From an uncultured Fibrobacteraceae bacterium (GTDB taxonomy: Bacteria > Krumholzibacteriota > Krumholzibacteriia > LZORAL124-64-63), in NCBI GenBank assembly GCA_964559455.1, contig CAZLHO010000079.1, positions 1 to 10,440 of the forward strand: DNA of 10,440 bases, given 5' to 3'. A program made the position numbers and the translations under genes. Positions 5,479-10,440 of this stretch are shown in pieces (position 1 is the first letter of the stretch; every line of letters starts with the position of its first letter). A model generated the notes under the pieces. The model worked only from the letters and a program-made list of their open reading frames with translations, was not told the DNA's origin and searched no databases.

Positions 5479-6561
5479 TCAGACTCCCGGGCCCAGGATC
5501 CAGCCCACCAGCGCCAGCGGCGTCAGCGGCAGAATGCCCGCCCACGACAGCAGTTGCAGGGCCAGGGGCCGGTGGTCGGCCCGGTTCAGGCTGTCGCCCC
5601 AGCCGGCCAGGCCCTCGACGAAGATCGACACGCGCAGGGTCCGGAATCCCTCCCCGTCCACGTATTCGTAGCGGGTGCCGGCGCGCTGCAGCCCGGCGCT
5701 GAGGCCCAGCATCTCGACGTAGCCCCGGTGGTAGCCGCCCAGGGCCGTGCCGTAGTCGTAGCCCAGCGTCATGAAGGGACCCAGCAGCGCCGCGCCGAAG
5801 CGGCCGCCGAACTCGCTGTCGTTCCAGTCGGTCTCGCCGCGCCGGTTCTTCAGCGAGACGAAGCCGTAGCCCGCTTCCAGCGCCGGGCGCCAGTCGGCGG
5901 AGAACGAGCCGAAGTGGTGCCGCCAGCCCATCATCGCCGACTCGGAGAAGTTGAAGGGTTCGTCCTCATCGAAGTTCAGCGTCACGTCGGTATGCAGGAA
6001 GATCTTCTCGTTGCCGCGCCAAAGGTCGGCGGCGAAGGCGAAGCCGCCGATCATGCCGTCGCGCTGGGGCGTGCCGGGCAGTTCGGCCTCGTACAGGCCC
6101 CACGAGATGAAGGGGATCACGCCGAAGGAGAGGGTGCGGGGGTTGATGATGCGCCGGCCCCACCAGGGGGTCGCCCACTCGCCCTCGTCGTTCAGGCGCA
6201 TGCCGTCGACGACGACGGCGGCGGGCACGGGGCGGCCGTCCAGGGGGGCGCGCAGCTCGCCGACCAGGCGGTGGAACTCCCCGACCATCCCGGCCCAGCG
6301 CAGGGGCGAGCCCGGTTCGTCGGGCCGGCAGCCCAAGTCCATCACCGGCGGGTTGTCCGAGGGCTTCGCCAGCGAGAAGCGGTGGTCGGACTCGCTCGTG
6401 AAGATGCGCACCGAATCGGGCCGCTGCTCGAAGAACTCCAGGTCGAGCCGGACGATCAGCGTGTCGTTGCGCACCGCGTGGTGGACATCGCCCGTCACGT
6501 TCCAAGCCGAGGCCGAGGATGCAACGGTCAGGAGCGCGAGGATCGGGGCGAGGCGGCGCAT
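5479..6561 (-). CDS. secreted hypothetical protein: signal peptide, aromatic-rich beta-strand-like C-terminal half, hydrophobic C-terminal tail
   Basis: I prefer the internal ATG at 6561 (MRRLAPILALLTVASSASA, a clear signal peptide) over the ORF-track start at 6633. GGGAG lies 6 nt upstream of it. Codon third positions are GC-rich and the composition is W/Y/F/D/E-rich rather than the Arg/Gly/Ala-rich pattern of the antisense frame. The protein ends in the hydrophobic tail LALQLLSWAGILPLTPLALVGWILGPGV. I do not recognise the family. Confidence 0.6.
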   Translation of the reverse strand: MRRLAPILALLTVASSASAWNVTGDVHHAVRNDTLIVRLDLEFFEQRPDSVRIFTSESDHRFSLAKPSDNPPVMDLGCRPDEPGSPLRWAGMVGEFHRLVGELRAPLDGRPVPAAVVVDGMRLNDEGEWATPWWGRRIINPRTLSFGVIPFISWGLYEAELPGTPQRDGMIGGFAFAADLWRGNEKIFLHTDVTLNFDEDEPFNFSESAMMGWRHHFGSFSADWRPALEAGYGFVSLKNRRGETDWNDSEFGGRFGAALLGPFMTLGYDYGTALGGYHRGYVEMLGLSAGLQRAGTRYEYVDGEGFRTLRVSIFVEGLAGWGDSLNRADHRPLALQLLSWAGILPLTPLALVGWILGPGV

Positions 6562-6597
6562 GGTCGACTCCCTGCGGTGGTAACGGATGCGAAGGCT

Positions 6598-6611
6598 GGA
6601 TTCTAGCATCC
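6598..6611. promoter_or_regulatory. near-palindromic motif GGATtCTAGcATCC (core ATTCTAGCAT); on the minus strand it reads TGCTAGAAT, an extended -10-like element
   Basis: The 14-bp sequence matches its reverse complement at 12 of 14 positions, with the mismatches at the paired positions 5 and 10. It lies 39 nt upstream of the start (6561) of the secreted-protein gene on the minus strand, in the divergent region shared with the fRMsr gene. The same 10-mer recurs at 9010-9019. Confidence 0.3.
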
Positions 6612-6653
6612 GGCGTCGAACGGGCACATCCAATTCGCGGCCTCAGCGCGGCG

Positions 6654-6662
6654 TGGTATATT
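6654..6662 (+). promoter_or_regulatory. candidate extended -10 promoter (TGgTATATT) for the fRMsr gene
   Basis: TG lies at 6654-6655 and TATATT at 6657-6662. The predicted transcription start is about 26 nt upstream of the GTG at 6696. There is only a weak -35 (TTCGCG, 6634-6639). Confidence 0.35.
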
Positions 6663-6695
6663 GGAACGCAGCCACCTTATCCCGGAGGATCCGAC

Positions 6696-7169
6696 GTGCC
6701 CCCGAGCCCCGACGCCGCCCTGGCCGGCCGCTACGCCCGCATCGCCGCGCAGCTGGAAGAGCTGTTCCGCAAGACCGACGACCCGGTCGCCCGCATGGCC
6801 ACCGCCGTCGCGGTGCTGCACCACAAGATGCCCCACTTCTTCTGGACGGGATTCTACCGGCTGACCGGCGGCGACCTGGTCGTCGGCCCCTATCAGGGAC
6901 CGGTCGCCTGTTCGGTGCTGAAGGCGCCCGAGGGCGTCTGCTGGGCGGGCGTGGAACGCGGCGAGACCGTTCTCGTGCCGGACGTCGAGGCCTTCCCCGG
7001 CCACGTGGCCTGCGACGGGCGCTCGCGCAGCGAGATCGTCGTGCCGCTGCGCGACGCCGCCGGCGCGGTCGTCGGCGTGCTCGACGTCGACTCGGCCGAG
7101 CTCGACGCCTTCGGCCCCGCCGACAGCGAAGGGCTGCAGACGATCGTCGCCATGATCCACAGCCCTTGA
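6696..7169 (+). CDS. msrC: GAF-domain free methionine-(R)-sulfoxide reductase (fRMsr / YebR family)
   Basis: The translation aligns with E. coli YebR along its whole length (FFWTGFYRL..LVVGPYQGPVAC..GVCWAG..VPDVEAFPGHVACDGRSRSEIVVPL..VVGVLDVDS). I prefer the GTG at 6696, preceded by GGAGG (6684-6688) with a 7-nt spacer. The upstream in-frame residues back to 6519 are R/G-rich shadow. Confidence 0.8.
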   Translation: MPPSPDAALAGRYARIAAQLEELFRKTDDPVARMATAVAVLHHKMPHFFWTGFYRLTGGDLVVGPYQGPVACSVLKAPEGVCWAGVERGETVLVPDVEAFPGHVACDGRSRSEIVVPLRDAAGAVVGVLDVDSAELDAFGPADSEGLQTIVAMIHSP

Positions 7170-7187
7170 GCGGAGACCCGTCCGTCC

Positions 7188-8852
7188 CTACTTCACGAGC
7201 ATCATGCGGCGCGTGACGCGCTCCTCCCCGCTCTCGACCATGCAGAAGTAGGCCCCGCTGGGCAGACCCGCCCCCGAGAAGGGCAGTTCGTGGCGGCCGG
7301 CCGTCATGAACCCGTCCAGCGGCTCGGCCACCACCCGCCCGCGGGCGTCGAAGACCCGCACCCGCACCCGGCCGTCCTCGCTCAGCGTGATGGGCATGAC
7401 CGTGGTCGGGTTGAAGGGATTGGGCCGGACCGCCTCGACGACCAGACGCGGCGCCGGCGTGTCGGCCACGCCCACGATCTCGGCCGACGGTCCGAAGTGG
7501 TAGTCGACGTCCTCGAACCACTGCGCGATCGTCTTGCCCAGCACCGGATCCTGCATCTGGAAGCGCACCTGGTCCACGTGGCCGGGCGCGGTCAGGGTGA
7601 ACCACCCCGTCGCCGTGTGGGCGCCCATCGGCAGCACGGTGCTGCCGTGGGCAGAGTAGTCCGGGCAGAGCTGCCCGTCGCAGAAGGGCCGCGCGTAGAT
7701 CTTCACGCCGCCCATCCAGTCCGTGTCGTACTGGAAGCTGACGTTCACCGGCTCGTCGACGGCCAGGATGGCGGTCGAGCCAGGCGTGAAGTCGAAGCCG
7801 TCCATCGGGTGGTCGTCGAAGCGGATCCTGGCCGGCAGGTCGAGCGAGACGTCGATCAGGGCGGCCGGCAGGTCGAAAGTCCGCAGCCTCACCGTGGCGA
7901 CGTCCATCTCATCTTCGGGGGACGGCGTGAAGTCGGTCCAGGCGGAGCCCGCCCCGGCCGGGAAGCCTCCGGGCGGATGCGGCTGGTGCGCCGTGTCCAG
8001 CAGCGCGCCGTCGGCATCGAAGGCGTAGGGGATCGTATAGACGTTCTCGAACGATTCGTAGTCGAAGTCGAGCCGCACCTGCGTCGTCGTCGACACGCAG
8101 GCCGGCGGCTCCGGCGTGAAGACGACGTTCGACACCCCCCGCTCCCGCCACTTCAGGTCGACCGGCACGTAGAACTGATCGAGCAGCACCATCGCGACGT
8201 TGTAGATCTTGAATTCCACGGCGTCGATGTCCATGTCCTCGTCGAACGAGAAGTACTGGGTGCCGGCCCCCGAACCGTACCCCCCGTAGAAGAGGCCGCT
8301 GGCGGTGTAGCCGGCGGGCGTGACCCCGCCGGCCAGGGGGCGGGCCGAGATCCGCACCGCCGGCCAGCCGGTGGAATAGGTGAAGCCGATGTCCAGTCGC
8401 TGGCCGAAGCGGATGGCGGCCGGCGAATCGTAGCTCATCGTGATGTCGTAGAGGGCGTCCTCCACGTAGTACAGGTACAGGGGCACTTCGAAGATCAGCA
8501 GCACCTCCGTGGTCACCGCGTCCTGCATGAAGATCCGGACGTGGTCGATCTGGCCGACATCCGTCAGCTGGAAGGTGCGGGTCAAGGTGCCCTCGCCGAC
8601 CGGCACGACCGGGCTGCCGGAGTAGGTGCAGCTCGAGGGCCGGACGCCGCCGTGGAGGCCGTAGGCCCAGATGTAGACGCCGTTGGGCCCGGCCACCTTG
8701 TACGAGAACTCCATCTGCACGCCGTAGGACAGGGGCAGGCGGGATCCCGCGGGTTCCGAGAAGGTGACGTCGCCGATGTACTGGGCGGCGGCCGGCGCGG
8801 CGATCAGCAGCAGCGATGACACGAGCAGGAATGCGCGCAGGTGAACGGACAT
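7188..8852 (-). CDS. secreted repeat protein with C-terminal Por-secretion (T9SS-type) / FlgD-Ig-like sorting domain
   Basis: I prefer the ATG at 8852 (MSVHLRAFLLVSSLLLIAAPAAAQ, a signal peptide) with GGGGGG 5 nt upstream. The C-terminal domain is RPNPFNPTTVMPITLSEDGRVRVRVFDARGRVVAEPL..AGRHELPFSGAGLPSGAYFCMVESGEERVTRRMMLVK. The body holds three clear copies, and possibly a fourth, of a roughly 100-aa module ending in (I/V)D.V.F.M/I.D (QIDHVRIFMQDAV, DIDAVEFKIYNVA, HVDQVRFQMQDPV). Confidence 0.75.
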   Translation of the reverse strand: MSVHLRAFLLVSSLLLIAAPAAAQYIGDVTFSEPAGSRLPLSYGVQMEFSYKVAGPNGVYIWAYGLHGGVRPSSCTYSGSPVVPVGEGTLTRTFQLTDVGQIDHVRIFMQDAVTTEVLLIFEVPLYLYYVEDALYDITMSYDSPAAIRFGQRLDIGFTYSTGWPAVRISARPLAGGVTPAGYTASGLFYGGYGSGAGTQYFSFDEDMDIDAVEFKIYNVAMVLLDQFYVPVDLKWRERGVSNVVFTPEPPACVSTTTQVRLDFDYESFENVYTIPYAFDADGALLDTAHQPHPPGGFPAGAGSAWTDFTPSPEDEMDVATVRLRTFDLPAALIDVSLDLPARIRFDDHPMDGFDFTPGSTAILAVDEPVNVSFQYDTDWMGGVKIYARPFCDGQLCPDYSAHGSTVLPMGAHTATGWFTLTAPGHVDQVRFQMQDPVLGKTIAQWFEDVDYHFGPSAEIVGVADTPAPRLVVEAVRPNPFNPTTVMPITLSEDGRVRVRVFDARGRVVAEPLDGFMTAGRHELPFSGAGLPSGAYFCMVESGEERVTRRMMLVK

Positions 8853-9008
8853 GACAACCCCCCGGTTCCCGTCAGGGCCGCACGGGACGGCCCGCACGCG
8901 GCGGCGCACACGAGCGAAACGATGCCGATCGTAGGCCGACGGGACGAGTCGGTTTATCGGGCATGGATTTTCGCGATTCGGCGGCGACCCCCGGATTGAA
9001 TATGTCCT

Positions 9009-9020
9009 CATTCTAGCATG
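9009..9020. promoter_or_regulatory. second copy of the ATTCTAGCAT motif (CATtCTAGcATG); on the minus strand TGCTAGAAT
   Basis: An identical 10-mer (ATTCTAGCAT) lies within a near-palindrome that matches its reverse complement at 10 of 12 positions. It sits 158 nt upstream of the start (8852) of the gene for the T9SS-CTD repeat protein, on the minus strand. A possible -35 (TTGCCC) lies 18 nt upstream on the minus strand. Confidence 0.3.
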
Positions 9021-9044
9021 CGCCGCTGCGAGCGGGCAAGCAGC

Positions 9045-9083
9045 CATCGCAAGAGAAGGGGCGGACGCCGCGGCGCCCGCCCC
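9045..9083 (-). terminator. candidate intrinsic terminator downstream of hflC
   Basis: A 26-nt near-perfect GC palindrome GGGGCGGACGCCGCGGCGCCCGCCCC (9058-9083) matches its reverse complement at 24 of 26 positions. On the minus strand it is followed by TTCTCTTGCGAT, and it lies 25 nt after the hflC stop codon. Confidence 0.4.
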
Positions 9084-9107
9084 CGTTGATCGCGAAACCG
9101 GCGGGCC

Positions 9108-10046
9108 CTAGCGGCCGCCGTCGGCGTCGGTGAGGAATCTGTAGAAGTCCCCCTCGGTGGTCAGCACCAGCGTGCTCTTCTCGTCCAGGGCCACCGGATA
9201 GGTCTCCATCGTCTTCAGGAAAACGTAGAACGACCTGGTGTCGGCCGACCGGTCGTAGGCCGCAGCGTAGATGTTCGTCGCGCCGGCGTCGGCCCGGCCG
9301 CGGATCTCCTCGGCCGTCTTGTAGGCCTCGGACTGGATGCGCAGCAGCTCGCGGTCCTTCTCGCCGCGGATGCGGGAGGCCTCGCCCTCGCCCTCGCTGC
9401 GGAAGCGGTCGGCGATGCGCTTGCGCTCGGCGATCATCCGCTCGAAGACCTTGCGCTCCACCTCGTCCACGTAGTTGATGCGCTTGAACTGCAGGTCGAG
9501 GATCTCGATGCCCAGGTCGGTCGTCCGCGCCTGGGCGTTGGCCAGGATCTCGCGGTGGATGATCTCGCGGCCGGCCTCGATCGCCTCCAGGATCACCTGG
9601 TCCTCTTCGAGCATGCCGCCCAGTTCGGGCTCGCGGTTGGTGCTGCGCACCACCTCGACGACGTCGTACTTGGCGATGGCGTTGCGGGTCTCGCCGTCCA
9701 GGATGTCGTCCAGGCGGGTCTGCGCGCCGCGCTCGTCGCGCAGGCGCTGGAAGTACAGCAGCGGGTCGCTGATGCGCCAGCGGGCGTAGGTGTTCACCCA
9801 GATGAAGCGCTTGTCCTTGGTGGGCAGCTGGTTGGGGTCGCCGTCCCACTCCAGGAAGCGCTTGTCGAAGCGGTTCACCTTCTGGATGAAGGGAGTCTTG
9901 ACCTTCAGGCCCGGCGTGACGACCGGATCGCCCACCGGCTTGCCGAACTGCGTGATGATCACCTGTTCGGTCTCGTTCAGGACATAGAAAGCGTTGGCCA
10001 CGGCGATCAGCACGATGACGCCGATGATGATTCCCAGATAACGCAT
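9108..10046 (-). CDS. hflC: HflC, SPFH/band-7 modulator of FtsH protease
   Basis: It has an N-terminal TM anchor (MRYLGIIIGVIVLIAVANAF), an SPFH domain, and a coiled-coil region (ERKRIADRFRSEGEGEASRIRGEKDRELLRIQSEAY). The C-terminal DFYRFL is typical of HflC. The ATG at 10046 shares one nucleotide with the hflK stop codon (G-TGA-TG). A GTG at 10049 is an alternative start. Confidence 0.88.
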   Translation of the reverse strand: MRYLGIIIGVIVLIAVANAFYVLNETEQVIITQFGKPVGDPVVTPGLKVKTPFIQKVNRFDKRFLEWDGDPNQLPTKDKRFIWVNTYARWRISDPLLYFQRLRDERGAQTRLDDILDGETRNAIAKYDVVEVVRSTNREPELGGMLEEDQVILEAIEAGREIIHREILANAQARTTDLGIEILDLQFKRINYVDEVERKVFERMIAERKRIADRFRSEGEGEASRIRGEKDRELLRIQSEAYKTAEEIRGRADAGATNIYAAAYDRSADTRSFYVFLKTMETYPVALDEKSTLVLTTEGDFYRFLTDADGGR

Positions 10047-10440
10047 CACTGATCACCCCCCTTCACGGCTCCGGAGAGATCGAGCAGGGGCAGCACGCCT
10101 TCCAGGTCGCCGTCGACCACGATCTTGCGCTCCACCTTGGGCAGGATCTCGTTCATCGTCTCGAGGTAGATGCGCCGGCGCGTGACCTCGGGCGCCCGCC
10201 GGTAGGCTTCGTAGAGGGCCACGAAACGGGCGCTGTCGCCGCGGGCGCGGTTGACGCGGTCCAGGGCGTAGCCCTCGGCCTCCTGGATGGTCTGCAGGGC
10301 CTCGCCGCGCGCGCGCGGGATGACCTTGTTGTACTCGCTCTGGGCCTCGTTGATCAGCGTCGAACGCTGCTGCTGGGCCTCGTTGACCTCGTTGAACGAG
10401 GGCTTCACGGGATCGGGCGGGTTGACGTCCTGCAGCACGA
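10046..10440 (-). CDS. hflK: HflK, C-terminal portion (N-terminus lies beyond the right edge of the window)
   Basis: The translation (QDVNPPDPVKPSFNEVNEAQQQRSTLINEAQSEYNKVIPRARGEA..FVALYEAYRRAPEVTRRRIYLETM) matches the conserved C-terminal region of HflK. It lies immediately upstream of hflC and overlaps it, in the canonical hflKC arrangement. Confidence 0.85.
   Translation of the reverse strand, partial: VLQDVNPPDPVKPSFNEVNEAQQQRSTLINEAQSEYNKVIPRARGEALQTIQEAEGYALDRVNRARGDSARFVALYEAYRRAPEVTRRRIYLETMNEILPKVERKIVVDGDLEGVLPLLDLSGAVKGGDQ

Noticed and set aside
4107-5702. 531-aa plus-strand ORF and 156-aa ORF (4132..4602) opposite the POT transporter
   Set aside because: These are shadow frames with Asp/His/Arg/Gly-rich composition. 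The minus-strand frame carries the POT signature ExCERxxYYG.
5554-6606. 350-aa plus-strand ORF and ORFs 5951..6583 and 5966..6505 overlapping the secreted-protein gene
   Set aside because: The plus-strand translation is Ala/Gly/Val/Gln-rich with no features. The minus-strand frame has a signal peptide, a ribosome-binding site, and balanced aromatic-rich composition.
6587-7605. ORFs 6587..7216 (+), 6603..7160 (-), 6643..7605 (-) and 6893..7153 (-) around the fRMsr gene
   Set aside because: They are poly-Arg/Pro/Gly frames. The 6519 frame from 6696 onward aligns residue-by-residue with the YebR/fRMsr family.
7290-8819. 509-aa plus-strand ORF opposite the T9SS-CTD protein gene, plus small ORFs 7306..7503, 7723..8028 and 7909..8151
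   Set aside because: It is a shadow frame (Arg/Gly/Val/Asp/His-rich). The minus strand has a signal peptide, internal repeats and a textbook CTD.
9013-10056. 347-aa minus-strand ORF in another frame across hflC, and plus-strand ORFs 9475..9789, 9555..10052 and 9790..9987
   Set aside because: The Arg/Gly/Pro-rich 347-aa frame has no features, and the hflC frame is unmistakable. The plus-strand ORFs are antisense shadows.
1-10440. CRISPR arrays, insertion-sequence inverted repeats, integrase/transposase genes and phage genes
   Set aside because: There are no evenly spaced direct repeats, no terminal inverted repeats flanking a gene, and no ORF with transposase or integrase motifs. Gene content looks like ordinary chromosomal housekeeping and envelope functions.

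Overview
The window is about 70% GC and looks like bacterial chromosomal DNA. It is densely coding: 11 genes, with the last one (hflK) running off the right edge. Nothing here looks like a recognisable mobile element, CRISPR array, rRNA or tRNA.

Genes, left to right:
- A secreted metallo-beta-lactamase-fold hydrolase (-).
- A YciA-like hotdog acyl-CoA thioesterase (+).
- A class-1b pyruvoyl S-adenosylmethionine decarboxylase proenzyme, SpeH-like (+).
- A minimal SET-domain methyltransferase of about 165 aa (+). Its ATG overlaps the speH stop codon (ATGA), so the two are translationally coupled.
- Two tandem transporters on the minus strand: a POT/PTR2-family permease followed by a 12-TM MFS transporter.
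- A secreted protein of unknown function.
- A GAF-domain free methionine-(R)-sulfoxide reductase.
- A 554-aa secreted protein built from three or four copies of an uncharacterised repeat, ending in a Por-secretion / FlgD-Ig-like C-terminal sorting domain of the kind associated with the type IX secretion system (T9SS).
- hflC, and the C-terminal part of hflK.

The most unusual feature is the coupled speH-like decarboxylase plus SET-domain pair. Both proteins use S-adenosylmethionine, and I do not know of this as a described pathway.

Other points worth a second look:
- A near-palindromic motif, ATTCTAGCAT, recurs upstream of secreted-protein genes.
- Two perfect GC-only inverted repeats (16 bp and 7-1-7) sit in two leader regions.
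- Two short low-GC islands (1-125 and 1583-1750) interrupt the 70% GC background.
- Two convergent gene pairs lack any spacer for a terminator.

Many long ORFs on the opposite strand are Arg/Gly/Ala/Pro-rich shadow frames typical of high-GC DNA and were rejected. All functional calls rest on motifs I recognise in the translations. No database search was run.
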